From positions 581,124 to 645,123 of the forward strand of contig JACKGC010000001.1 in the NCBI GenBank assembly GCA_020632135.1: a DNA stretch of 64,000 nt, read 5' to 3'. Below are positions 1 through 9,623 of this stretch, piece after piece. The first letter of the stretch is position 1. Each line of letters begins with the position of its first letter. Source of the DNA: Candidatus Nomurabacteria bacterium (GTDB taxonomy: Bacteria > Patescibacteriota > Minisyncoccia > Phycocordibacterales > UBA918). A model generated the notes under the pieces. That model saw nothing but the letters and a program-made list of their open reading frames with translations, searched no databases and was not told where the DNA came from. Both the position numbers and the translations under genes were made by a program.

Positions 1-2
1 TC

Positions 3-2108
3 AATAGTCTCGCAACCGACGGCAGTAACCTCTACGCTGGCCTCGGCTCAAGTGCTGGCGATGCCGAAGTGTGGATGTACAATGGTTCATCGTGGATTCA
101 GATCGGCGGTGACGGCGTGAACAGCTCTTGGGCTGACAGTACCTATGAACTAGTTATGTCGTTGTACTATTCCTCAGGTAACAAACTGTATGCTGGTTTA
201 GGCACAAGCAATAATGATGCCGAGATCTGGGAGTACAACAGCTCTTCTTGGAATAAAATAGCGGGTGATAGTGTCAATGATACCTGGACTAGTACTCAAC
301 AGTACATTAAATCGATCACAGAATATGACGGGGATCTCATTGCAGGCACAACGAATGTAAGTACCTACGATCCCGAGATCTGGACTATCGCGGTCTCTGA
401 TGTGCCTACTTTCTCTGGCAATTTCACTGGTACCAGTCGTTTGGCTGACCTCACCCTTACCGGGGGAGAGCTCGGTTTCACTAGTGCGCTTGGAACCAAC
501 GACCTCACCGTTGTCAGTGGTGCTACGCTCATTGCGTCTACCTCGCTCTCGATCGCGGGAGACCTCACCAACAACGGCACGCTTGACCTCCCTAGTGCCG
601 GTACGACCACGTTTGATGGTACATCACTCCAGACGCTTAGTGGTACGCTCACCGGTGCGTCGTCACTTAATAATGTGGTCATTACCAATACCGCTGGAAC
701 TGACGCTTCAAGTTCACCGAGTGTCATCTTTAACGCTGCGTCTAATTCGGGTGGACAGTTATACATTGATACGCCGGGTGTCATGGTGCAGTTTTTAGCC
801 GGTGCAGCAACTGATTGGGCTGACATTAATGTGGCTGGTGATTCCGAGGATTATGTCTACCTCTTCTCTACGGCGAGTGGTACCCAGTGGAATGTCGATG
901 TGTCTGGTACCACGACGGCTGACTATGTGTACTTCCATGATGCCAATGCCTGTGCGTCAGCCAGTGGAGATATCTGGACTACCAACAGCGTTGATAGCAA
1001 TGGGAATAATGACTGTATTCAAGGATTGGCAGAGTTTGTACTAGTTGCAGCTGGCTCTTCCACTATCAGCAACCACACCGCCACTCAAGTCAGTAACGCC
1101 TTCAACTTCCAAAATAAGACCAATGAAGCACTCTACGCGTTCCGGCTTACCCCCGAAAGTGGTAATGCCACCGTGACTGAGCTTACCGTTACTCTCTCTG
1201 GTGCTGAGAAGATTGAGGCTGGTGATTTCTCAAACATTCGCCTCTACCAAGACAACGACAATGACGCCGCCTACGATGCCGGTGACACCCAGGTGGGTGG
1301 TGCCGGCGTGATGAGTCTTTCTGGGCAGTCAGGCACCATCACTTTTAGCACGGACTTCCTTATCACCACCGCTGCCAACTACGTGGTCATTGCTAATTGG
1401 AATGCACCAGATAATGGCTCGTTTATCACTCTTGATCTTGAACGTGGTGGTGTAACTACGATTGACGATGGCGGTACACAACTGATCTTCGGTGATGTCG
1501 ATCGGGTGCAACACCGCCGCAACAATAAAGGAGCCGGGGGAAATGCATCTGTGGTGGGGACCGAAGCGCCACCGGGTCGAGAGGTGATTGAGGGGGGTGA
1601 TGATGAGGGGGGTGAGCAGATCGGTGACGACCCCAATTACTTCTGGCCGACTGCCCACTCTGGTGCGTGGAGTAACGGTGGTAATGCGTACGACAAAGTT
1701 GATGGTACTTATACTACGACTGGTACCACTGATGCAGCCACTTCTTTCGAAGATCACGGTTTCGCTGTGCCGGGCGGTAATCTTATCACTGGTATTGAAG
1801 TGAAGCTTGAGGTTTCTGGTACCACTGCTGCGGGCACCATTGCTGTTGACCTCTCATGGAACGGTGGCAGTAGCTGGACGAGCACCAAATCATCTCCGAC
1901 GATGACCACCGCTGATGCGATCGTCACCCTTGGTAGTGCAGGTGATAACTGGGGCCACGCCTGGGTGCCCGCCAACTTTAGTGATGCCAACTTCGCGGTG
2001 CGGGTAACCGGTCAACCATCTTCAAATACACTCCGCATTGATGCTATCCAAGTGCGAGTGTATCACCACGCAGGCGGCGGCGGCGCAGGCGGGGGAGGAG
2101 CGATCTAG
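3..2108 (+). CDS. Large secreted repeat protein, 5' end cut by window edge
   Basis: The frame is open from nt 3 into tracked ORF 69..2108. Nt 3-68 encode one more copy of the LYAGLG-x5-DAE(V/I)W-x-YN-x-SSW repeat (beta-propeller-like). The middle is Thr/Gly/Ser-rich and the tail is GGGGAGGGG. No enzyme motif recognised. Confidence 0.7.
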   Translation, partial: NSLATDGSNLYAGLGSSAGDAEVWMYNGSSWIQIGGDGVNSSWADSTYELVMSLYYSSGNKLYAGLGTSNNDAEIWEYNSSSWNKIAGDSVNDTWTSTQQYIKSITEYDGDLIAGTTNVSTYDPEIWTIAVSDVPTFSGNFTGTSRLADLTLTGGELGFTSALGTNDLTVVSGATLIASTSLSIAGDLTNNGTLDLPSAGTTTFDGTSLQTLSGTLTGASSLNNVVITNTAGTDASSSPSVIFNAASNSGGQLYIDTPGVMVQFLAGAATDWADINVAGDSEDYVYLFSTASGTQWNVDVSGTTTADYVYFHDANACASASGDIWTTNSVDSNGNNDCIQGLAEFVLVAAGSSTISNHTATQVSNAFNFQNKTNEALYAFRLTPESGNATVTELTVTLSGAEKIEAGDFSNIRLYQDNDNDAAYDAGDTQVGGAGVMSLSGQSGTITFSTDFLITTAANYVVIANWNAPDNGSFITLDLERGGVTTIDDGGTQLIFGDVDRVQHRRNNKGAGGNASVVGTEAPPGREVIEGGDDEGGEQIGDDPNYFWPTAHSGAWSNGGNAYDKVDGTYTTTGTTDAATSFEDHGFAVPGGNLITGIEVKLEVSGTTAAGTIAVDLSWNGGSSWTSTKSSPTMTTADAIVTLGSAGDNWGHAWVPANFSDANFAVRVTGQPSSNTLRIDAIQVRVYHHAGGGGAGGGGAI

Positions 2109-2304
2109 TTACTGAAGCAGAGTGCATTTTGTGCGACGATACAACTAAGGATAAAAGACACCCCCTGCGGTGACTTTTATCCTTATTTAGAGCCACACAA
2201 TAATATTTGGTTATACACAGTACGAGCTCCGTTAACGCTTCTGCGGGTGCTGAAATTGCTATACTTAATAGGTATTAATCAATACACGCAACATTATAAT
2301 TATT

Positions 2305-3009
2305 ATGATCAACTTACACACAAAACACTTTACGCAATCAGCGCTGTACGCGCTGGTGGCCAGCTGCACCATCGTCACTATGGTGTTCATGGCTTACTTC
2401 TTAGCAGAACCAGCAATTAGTCATGGTCAGGCTGACACGGCAACTTTCTACGTACGACAGTCTATCACTGACGAAAGTTCATTTTTGGTCAATCCATCGA
2501 ACATCACTATGACCGGCCCGATCAACGGTGTGACGGGTGGTCAAGCAACTGGTACCACTCAGTTTGTGGTCCAGTCTAACAACTCAGCTGGGTATTATGT
2601 CGAGATCGACTTCTTTGACAACGGTACTTCTGAGGCAATGCTTGGTGATGAAACTGCCAGCGAATCACTCCGTAACTACAGCGGAGCAACCAGCACACCA
2701 TCATTCGGCTACACCGCGAGTACTGCTGCGCAGTTCGCGTACACAGTTACTTCTACGACATCAAGCGATACTGGCCCCCTATTCTTGAACAACACTACGA
2801 TTTGTGGTGCGGGCGCAGTCCAGTCAGCTAATACTTGTTGGATGACTCCAAGTACTACCCCAATTGTCATTGTAGACCGTGATTCTGCTGCTACTACTGG
2901 TGCAACCTCAACCATCACCTTTAACGTGACAGTGCCATCAGGCGCAACTCCTGTGCCACAAGCAGAGACATACACTGCTACCGCAACCTTGTCGCTTTTC
3001 GTGAAGTAA
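2305..3009 (+). CDS. Small secreted/anchored protein, paralog of 4092..4859
   Basis: N-terminal hydrophobic segment (ALYALVASCTIVTMVFMAYFLA). Shares blocks with 4092..4859: (I/V)xM(T/S)..(V/L)TGG..(T/N)G(T/S)..F.V; SxGY; FGYT; CW...STTP(I/V)V; and C-terminal YTATxT(L/V). Confidence 0.65.
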   Translation: MINLHTKHFTQSALYALVASCTIVTMVFMAYFLAEPAISHGQADTATFYVRQSITDESSFLVNPSNITMTGPINGVTGGQATGTTQFVVQSNNSAGYYVEIDFFDNGTSEAMLGDETASESLRNYSGATSTPSFGYTASTAAQFAYTVTSTTSSDTGPLFLNNTTICGAGAVQSANTCWMTPSTTPIVIVDRDSAATTGATSTITFNVTVPSGATPVPQAETYTATATLSLFVK

Positions 3010-3030
3010 GGTAATCTGTAGTCATCAGCT

Positions 3031-4089
3031 ATGACTACTGGAGTTCGAACACTTACCGTTGCGTGTCTCTCAATATTGCTCGCTACACCTCTCTCTGGAG
3101 AGGTGTTTGCGCAGCAAAATTCGAACGAAATAACTTCAACCACCTCTGCCACTACGACTGAAAGTGTGTTAGCGGTCGAGCCAGAGGCTGAGTCTGAGCT
3201 ATGGTACAAGTCTGAACGAATCTTTGGCCGGATCGATGCCGGGGACTTTGTGGTTGGCCCTGGTCGGACTGAGATCGAAGTGGCTCCAGGTGAGACAGTC
3301 ATTCAGGAAGTGACAGTAACCAACCGTATCAGCGGCGATCGCTCATTTTTGCTAGAGGTCGAGGATATTACTGGTAGTCGCGATGGTAGTAGTGCAGTGA
3401 GTTTGATGGGTGCCGAGCGTGGCCCGTACAGTATTAAAGACTATATCTCATTCCCTGAGACTGAATTGAATTTGGACCTTGGTGAGCGTGCTCGTATCCC
3501 CGTCATTATTACCGTACCACCAGATGCGGAGCCAGGCGGCTACTATGGTAGCGTGCTGGTCTCTACCATTCGGACCAATGAAGATGGTGCGGCGGCAGCA
3601 CCTCGTTCACCGATCATTGCGCGCGTTGGGTCGCTGTTCTTCCTGCGTGTGCTCGGCGATGCGGTCACCGAGGGACGCACCCAATCCATCAGTGTGCTCG
3701 GGGATAAATGGTGGCATGAATCTGGCCCGATCGAGTTGGGTATTTTATATGAGAACACCGGTTCCATCCATGTGAACCCATACGGTGAGCTTTCGATCAC
3801 TAACATGTTTGGTGAAGAGGTCGGTTTTGTTGAGTTGGAGCCGTGGTTTGTACTGCCAAATTCGCTTCGTGTCCGGGAGGTTGTGTGGGACCGAGAGTTC
3901 CTGCTTGGTCGGTATGAGGTGACTGCACGCATCAACCGAGGCTACGATGACATTGTGGATGAGGTGACGGTAGCGTTCTGGGTCTTGCCCTGGAAGATCG
4001 TCGGGGGATTGTTCTTAGGTCTGTTCATTATTATTTTCGGTATAAGAGCATTTTTCCGCACGTTTGAATTTAAGCGGAAAGGTGCGTAA
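3031..4089 (+). CDS. Surface protein with signal peptide and C-terminal membrane anchor (DUF916/DUF3324-like layout)
   Basis: N-terminal signal-like LTVACLSILLATPLSGEVFAQ. C-terminal TM GGLFLGLFIIIFGI followed by a basic tail RAFFRTFEFKRKGA. Two beta-rich halves. Sits between the two paralogous small proteins. Confidence 0.65.
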   Translation: MTTGVRTLTVACLSILLATPLSGEVFAQQNSNEITSTTSATTTESVLAVEPEAESELWYKSERIFGRIDAGDFVVGPGRTEIEVAPGETVIQEVTVTNRISGDRSFLLEVEDITGSRDGSSAVSLMGAERGPYSIKDYISFPETELNLDLGERARIPVIITVPPDAEPGGYYGSVLVSTIRTNEDGAAAAPRSPIIARVGSLFFLRVLGDAVTEGRTQSISVLGDKWWHESGPIELGILYENTGSIHVNPYGELSITNMFGEEVGFVELEPWFVLPNSLRVREVVWDREFLLGRYEVTARINRGYDDIVDEVTVAFWVLPWKIVGGLFLGLFIIIFGIRAFFRTFEFKRKGA

Positions 4090-4091
4090 TT

Positions 4092-4859
4092 ATGCGATTA
4101 TCGGTCCTTGCGAGTTCACTTTTTCAGTCTCTGACCATCACCGTTTTGGTAGTGTCTGTGATCAACGTAAGTTTGGCTCAGGTGCGCACCAGTACTAACT
4201 ACCAGTTACAAAGCGATAGTATCAATGTTGGTGGGGGCTATTCCTCATCAACCCTGTATCAGCAGGAGAGTACGGTGGGCGAGATCGCTACTGGTCCGGC
4301 AGACAGTACGAGTTATGCGTTACGCGCTGGCTACCAACAGATGCAAGAGGTGTACGTAAGTCTCACAACGACCGGCAATGTGATCATGTCACCAGACCTG
4401 CCTGGACTCACTGGCGGTACCTCAAATGGTTCGAGCACCTTCACGGTTATTACTGATAGTCCTTCGGGGTACAGACTCACGATCGAGGCTGAGAATGATC
4501 CAGCGATGCAAAGTGGTGGTAATACCATTGCTGATTATGACGAAGGGGTTGAAACTGACTATTCATTCATTACTGGTGGTAGTGATGCACATTTTGGGTA
4601 CACACCGGAAGGGGATGATATCGTACAAGCGTTTAAGGATGATGGTGCGGGCACGTGTAATGTTGATGTGCAGGACTCGAGTTTGGCATGCTGGGCTGGC
4701 CTTTCTACCACCCCGGTGGTAATGGCTGAGGGTGTGGGGTCGAATCATCCAAATGGCGCCACCACTACCGTGCATTTTCGGGTTGGTATCGGAAGTGGGG
4801 CGGGAGTGATCGCTGGCGTGTATACTGCGACCACTACTGTGACCGCCTTACCGTTATAA
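4092..4859 (+). CDS. Small secreted protein, paralog of 2305..3009
   Basis: Signal peptide (LTITVLVVSVINVSLAQV). Same conserved blocks as 2305..3009. Starts 2 nt after the upstream stop. Confidence 0.65.
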   Translation: MRLSVLASSLFQSLTITVLVVSVINVSLAQVRTSTNYQLQSDSINVGGGYSSSTLYQQESTVGEIATGPADSTSYALRAGYQQMQEVYVSLTTTGNVIMSPDLPGLTGGTSNGSSTFTVITDSPSGYRLTIEAENDPAMQSGGNTIADYDEGVETDYSFITGGSDAHFGYTPEGDDIVQAFKDDGAGTCNVDVQDSSLACWAGLSTTPVVMAEGVGSNHPNGATTTVHFRVGIGSGAGVIAGVYTATTTVTALPL

Positions 4860-4866
4860 TGTCAGC

Positions 4867-6471
4867 ATGAGACTATTTGTTATTGCAGTCTTACTGAGTA
4901 TATTTGCCGGGCCACAACTAACGTTTGCTCAGGTTGCTTCTGACACGTTCAATATCCGAGTATACGGTGGTACCGATACGACGCCGCCCAGTACTCCTAC
5001 GTTACTCAGTGCGACACCGGTTGCCACGACGCAGATAGACCTCGCGTGGTCATCATCAACGGACAACTTTGTCGTTGCGGGGTATGTTGTGTATCGAGAT
5101 CTCGTCCCGGTGGCGACCACTAGTCTGACCAGTTATTCTGATACCGGATTGATCGCCAGCACGACGTATGACTACATGGTTCAGGCCTTTGACACGAGTT
5201 TGAATTATTCGTCCACCTCAAATGAGCTTTCTGCTACTACTCTGGAGCCACCGCCACCGCCACCAACCCCAGTCATCCCTGAACCGCCTGAAGCAACGAT
5301 TGCGCGGGTGGTTGTAGATGAATTGATGGTGGTGCCGGGAGTTTCAACTACGAGCATTGAGCTTGTCACTGCTCGACCAGCGAGAATCGAGTTGCGATGG
5401 GGCAGAACTGCTTCATATGAGCTTGGATATGTGGTCGGTGGAGCATATACAGTAGACCACGCGATTCTCCTAACTGATCTTGAGCCGGGCACCACCTATG
5501 AGTACGAGATCATCGGTTTCACGCCGTATGGTTCTCAATCAGTACTGCGTACTGGGAGCTTTACCACACTGTGGCATTTTCCGATCGATCCACCAGCGAA
5601 CGTGAATCGTTTTTCAGCGCTCGCTGTCGGAGATGATGTACGGTTGAGTTGGGTCATGCCAGAGACCAAAAACCTCTCATATGTTCGAGTAGTGCGGAGT
5701 CACCTTGGATTCCCGCTTCACCCACAAGACGGCGCAATCGTGTACCAGGGCTTACAAGAGGCATTTGTCGATGAGTTCATTCTCAGTCAGTATTCACCGG
5801 TGTACTACACTGCTTTTATGTACGATGTGCAGGGCAACGTATCTTCGGGGGCAGTGGCATATGTCTACGCGGTTGGTGGTGCGGGTTATGCCGGCGCTGT
5901 GCCGGGTGGGAGCGGAGCGTCTTTGCTCGTGCAAGAAGCCACTACGAGCATCATGCAAGAACGGGTGACGGTTGATATGCATATGCCGGACGCTTCTGAG
6001 ATTGCGATCACGCAAGGTGTACGTGTGTTCACTATGGCTGATGATGACATGCTGCTTCATAGCCAGTCACCGTTCACCATTACTATTCCGGTGGCCACCG
6101 TAGCAGGCAACCTGAAATCGATCATTGCTACGATCACCGACCCGACTGATCACCGACAGACGTATGCGTACTTACTCAGGATCAATCATGATCGTACTGC
6201 ATACGAAGCGATCGTGACGCCGCTCAATGTGGTAGGTGAGTCACAGATCAAAGTAGAGATCTACGACTATGAGGCATTTGTGGTTGCTCGCTACCAGGCT
6301 CCGCTCACGTTTGCATTCATTCCAGATCATGAGCCAGTGTCAGTCTTATTTCCAGACACTCTTATAGCAAAGCCGTACCTACTAGTCGTGCCGCTGGCGA
6401 TCACGACCGCCTTTTTGGGCTGGTTAGGTTGGCTGTTGTTTTTCCGTCGCCGAACTGAGGATAAAGGGTGA
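4867..6471 (+). CDS. Fibronectin type III domain surface protein with C-terminal membrane anchor
   Basis: Signal peptide; FN3-like block (QIDLAWSSSTDNFVVAGYVVYRD...TSYSDTGL..TTYDYMVQAFD); PPPPPPTP linker; second FN3-like block (IELRWGRT...LEPGTTYEYEI). C-terminal TM LVVPLAITTAFLGWLGWLLFF plus RRR. Confidence 0.7.
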   Translation: MRLFVIAVLLSIFAGPQLTFAQVASDTFNIRVYGGTDTTPPSTPTLLSATPVATTQIDLAWSSSTDNFVVAGYVVYRDLVPVATTSLTSYSDTGLIASTTYDYMVQAFDTSLNYSSTSNELSATTLEPPPPPPTPVIPEPPEATIARVVVDELMVVPGVSTTSIELVTARPARIELRWGRTASYELGYVVGGAYTVDHAILLTDLEPGTTYEYEIIGFTPYGSQSVLRTGSFTTLWHFPIDPPANVNRFSALAVGDDVRLSWVMPETKNLSYVRVVRSHLGFPLHPQDGAIVYQGLQEAFVDEFILSQYSPVYYTAFMYDVQGNVSSGAVAYVYAVGGAGYAGAVPGGSGASLLVQEATTSIMQERVTVDMHMPDASEIAITQGVRVFTMADDDMLLHSQSPFTITIPVATVAGNLKSIIATITDPTDHRQTYAYLLRINHDRTAYEAIVTPLNVVGESQIKVEIYDYEAFVVARYQAPLTFAFIPDHEPVSVLFPDTLIAKPYLLVVPLAITTAFLGWLGWLLFFRRRTEDKG

Positions 6472-6527
6472 TGAAGAGTCTGCCGATTGCCGGTATAGTT
6501 AGAGGAAGTTAATTAATATTTTTATAT

Positions 6528-7565
6528 ATGGTACGTGTAGCTATTAATGGTTTTGGGCGGATTGGTCGTACGTTCATGCGAACGGCAGTCGGGCACCCAG
6601 ATTTTGAAGTGGTGGCGATCAACGACTTAGGAAGTCTAGAGAATCTCGCGTATCTCCTGAAATATGACTCAGTGTATGGTCACTGTCCGTTTGCGGTAGA
6701 GACCGACGGCAAGAAGCTGATGGTCAACGGCAAGGAGGTGGCGTTCGTTCAGGAACGTGACCCGGAGAAGTTGCCGTGGGGTGACCTCAACATCGACATC
6801 GTCGTTGAATCAACCGGCTTCTTCACCTCATATGAGGGATCGAAGAAGCATCTCACTGCGGGTGCGAAACGGGTGGTCATTTCCGCGCCGGTCAAGGATG
6901 ATCCGGCCGCTGCTGGGGTAGAGGGTGCGACCGTACTCATGGGCGTAAATGACGATAAGCTGCGGACTTGTCAGGTCTCATCGAATGCCTCGTGTACCAC
7001 CAATGCCACCAGTCCGCTCATCGCGGTGCTGAAAGAAGCGATCGGCATTGAGAAGGCAGTGCTCAATACCGTCCATGCCTACACGTCTACGCAATCGCTG
7101 ATCGACAGCCCGGTGCGCTCGGGTGATGTGCGTAAGGCACGAGCGGCTGCGCTCAATATCATTCCGTCTACCACTGGCGCAGCGATCGCAACCACGAAGG
7201 CACATCCAGAGCTTGAAGGGAAGTTTGATGGTATTGCGATGCGCGTGCCAGTGCCGGTTGGATCGATCGTTGATGTGACCTTCATTGCTTCACGAGATAC
7301 GACCGTAGAAGAGGTGAACGAAGCGCTGCGTAAGGCGGCGGAGGACAAGAAGTGGGCGCACATCTTTGCGGCCACTGATGAGCCGATCGTGTCTTCTGAT
7401 ATTATCGGTTCGCGTGTTGGGTCTATTGCTGATCTTTCCTTTACGCGAGTGATCGGCGGCAACCTCGTGAAGGTGTTGGCGTGGTATGACAACGAAACCA
7501 GCTACACGCAGACCCTGGTTGAGCATGTTGCAGCCAGTGCGCGTCATCTCGAAGCAAAACAATAA
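6528..7565 (+). CDS. gap: Glyceraldehyde-3-phosphate dehydrogenase, type I
   Basis: N-terminal INGFGRIGR Rossmann motif, catalytic SNASCTTN block and WYDNE near the C-terminus. Confidence 0.95.
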   Translation: MVRVAINGFGRIGRTFMRTAVGHPDFEVVAINDLGSLENLAYLLKYDSVYGHCPFAVETDGKKLMVNGKEVAFVQERDPEKLPWGDLNIDIVVESTGFFTSYEGSKKHLTAGAKRVVISAPVKDDPAAAGVEGATVLMGVNDDKLRTCQVSSNASCTTNATSPLIAVLKEAIGIEKAVLNTVHAYTSTQSLIDSPVRSGDVRKARAAALNIIPSTTGAAIATTKAHPELEGKFDGIAMRVPVPVGSIVDVTFIASRDTTVEEVNEALRKAAEDKKWAHIFAATDEPIVSSDIIGSRVGSIADLSFTRVIGGNLVKVLAWYDNETSYTQTLVEHVAASARHLEAKQ

Positions 7566-7570
7566 GTATC

Positions 7571-8035
7571 ATGATCATTCACCTGGCTACAGACCACGCC
7601 GGCTTTGAGCACAAAACTGCAGTAGCGCAGTGGTTGCAGTCAGAAGGATTTGAAGTGGTGGATCATGGTGCGCACGAATATGAGCCAGAGGATGATTTCC
7701 CTGATTTCATCGCCGCTGCAGCCGCTGCCGTGAGTCGAAATCCAGAGGAGAGCAAGGGTATCATCTTTGGTGGTTCGGGGCAGGGTGAGGCGATGGTAGC
7801 CAACCGTTTTCCCAATGTCCGCGCAACCGTGTACTACGGCGGCGATACGTCAATCCCCGCACTCTCACGTCAGCACAATGATGCTAATGTACTCTCGATC
7901 GGTGCGCGGTTTGTAACCCTTGATCAGACGAAGGAGATCATTTGGGAGTGGCTGCACACCGAATCGTTGACCGAAGAGAAGTACCATCGCCGCAACCGAA
8001 AGATCGAGCAGATAACGCGCACTATCAAGCCATGA
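7571..8035 (+). CDS. rpiB: Ribose-5-phosphate isomerase B
   Basis: RpiB/LacAB pattern: MIIHLATDHAGFEHK, GGSGQGEAMVANR, ANVLSIGARF. Confidence 0.9.
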   Translation: MIIHLATDHAGFEHKTAVAQWLQSEGFEVVDHGAHEYEPEDDFPDFIAAAAAAVSRNPEESKGIIFGGSGQGEAMVANRFPNVRATVYYGGDTSIPALSRQHNDANVLSIGARFVTLDQTKEIIWEWLHTESLTEEKYHRRNRKIEQITRTIKP

Positions 8036-8685
8036 GTTACCCGATTGTACCGGCCATTATTCCACAAAGTAGGGAAGCGGTGTTCACCTATGCGAAGCAG
8101 CTCACGTTTTCGCGTGAACTCCAACTCGACCTCGTTGATGGAAAATTCGTGTCGAGTGTCTCGTGGCCGTATGAGCCAAGTGGTGAGCCGTTGTCGGTAA
8201 AGAGCCAGCTTGACCCGTATACGCTTGAGGTTGATCTCATGGTAGCTGATCCGCTGAGCGCTGCCGCTGACTGGGTGATCGCCGGAGCGGACATGCTTGT
8301 TTTTCATATTGAAACACTTTCTCTTGAGGACTTTACCCGATTTGCTGAAGGTACTTGTGTGTCGGTGGGGGTAAGCGCACACGGAGCAACGTCGCTTGAG
8401 CAGCTCATTGAGTATGCTGAGCGGGCAGACTATATACAACTCATGGGTATCTATGAGATCGGGGCGCAGGGCTTACCGTTTGATGAAGGGGTGCTTGAAA
8501 AAGCAGAAATACTCAAACGTCGCTTCCCACAAAAGATGATCTCGGTGGATGGAAGCGTGAATCAAACCACTATCAAACGCTTGCGTGACGCAGGAGTAGA
8601 TCGCTTCATTTGTGGTTCGGCGATCGTGCAACAACCTGATCCTGAGGCAGCACACGCGGCCCTCTCGGCACTTATTAACGATTAG
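8032..8685 (+). CDS. rpe: Ribulose-phosphate 3-epimerase-like protein (divergent)
   Basis: The in-frame ATG at 8032 overlaps the rpiB stop (ATGA); the tracked ORF 7942.. over-extends upstream. TIM-barrel epimerase-like blocks VDLMV, FHIE, VDGSVN, CGSAIV. Confidence 0.7.
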   Translation: MSYPIVPAIIPQSREAVFTYAKQLTFSRELQLDLVDGKFVSSVSWPYEPSGEPLSVKSQLDPYTLEVDLMVADPLSAAADWVIAGADMLVFHIETLSLEDFTRFAEGTCVSVGVSAHGATSLEQLIEYAERADYIQLMGIYEIGAQGLPFDEGVLEKAEILKRRFPQKMISVDGSVNQTTIKRLRDAGVDRFICGSAIVQQPDPEAAHAALSALIND

Positions 8686-8728
8686 TCACTATGCCGGGTG
8701 TGTGAGCCTGGTATACTACGGGTGTAAT

Positions 8729-9622
8729 ATGCAGTACCTTACTTCAGAAGAAGTTCGAGACCTCGAGCTACAGGCGAATAGTATTCGTCAGAGTGTCATT
8801 GAGATGTTGACCGAAGCAGGGAGCGGTCATACTGCTGGCCCGCTTGGCATGGCTGACATCTTTACCTTACTATACTTCGGTATTCTCAAGCATGATCCTG
8901 AGAACCCTGACTGGGAGGATCGTGATAGGCTGGTCCTCTCTAATGGCCACATTTGTCCGGTGCTCTACGCCACCTTAGCGCACGCAGGCTACTTTCCGGT
9001 GGAAGAATTGCTTACGCTGCGTAAGCTTGGTTCGCGCCTACAGGGCCACCCACACCGTGGCACGTTGCCGGGGATTGAGACAAGCTCAGGCCCGCTTGGC
9101 TCTGGACTCTCGCAGGCTGTCGGAATGGCGCTCGCAGAACGCATCGACAATCCCTACTCCTCGAAATTTTTCTACTGTCTCACAGGAGATGGTGAGCTTA
9201 ATGAAGGTCAGATCTGGGAAGCGCTTATGCAGGCAGGTAAGGAGCAACTCCACAACCTAATCGTGATCGTTGACCGTAATGGTATCCAGATCGATGGCTA
9301 TACCAAGGATGTGATGCCGCTGGAACCGCTGGCAGAGAAGTTTGAATCATTTAATTTTGACGTCCAGGAAGTGGACGGGCACAACATCCGCTCGCTCAAT
9401 GACGCAATCGGTAAGGCGCAGTCGGTGTACAGTCAGCCGTCGGTGATCATTGCGCACACGATCCCATCGCGGGGCGTAGATGTGTTTGAGCGCGACTTCC
9501 GCTGGCACGGAAATCCGCCGGGCAAGGGTCCTGAAGACCGTGTCGAAAAGAGCGAGCAAGCGGATGTCGCGCTCCAAAAACTCCGCACTTTAGCAAATAC
9601 CATTGAAGCTCAAGACTCATAA
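8729..9622 (+). CDS. Transketolase, N-terminal (TPP-binding) subunit
   Basis: GSGHTAGPLGMADI, GDGELNEGQIWEA. Start moved to the ATG at 8729 (MQYLTSEEVR), downstream of the rpe stop. Confidence 0.9.
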   Translation: MQYLTSEEVRDLELQANSIRQSVIEMLTEAGSGHTAGPLGMADIFTLLYFGILKHDPENPDWEDRDRLVLSNGHICPVLYATLAHAGYFPVEELLTLRKLGSRLQGHPHRGTLPGIETSSGPLGSGLSQAVGMALAERIDNPYSSKFFYCLTGDGELNEGQIWEALMQAGKEQLHNLIVIVDRNGIQIDGYTKDVMPLEPLAEKFESFNFDVQEVDGHNIRSLNDAIGKAQSVYSQPSVIIAHTIPSRGVDVFERDFRWHGNPPGKGPEDRVEKSEQADVALQKLRTLANTIEAQDS

Positions 9623-9623
9623 T

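Noticed and set aside
7571-8035. Possibility of UGA recoding (alternative genetic code), as in some CPR lineages.
   Set aside because: TGA terminates several well-delimited genes at family-typical lengths (e.g. rpiB at 8033..8035, the GT2 gene at 20284..20286, the antitoxin at 37930..37932). No conserved gene shows an in-frame TGA.
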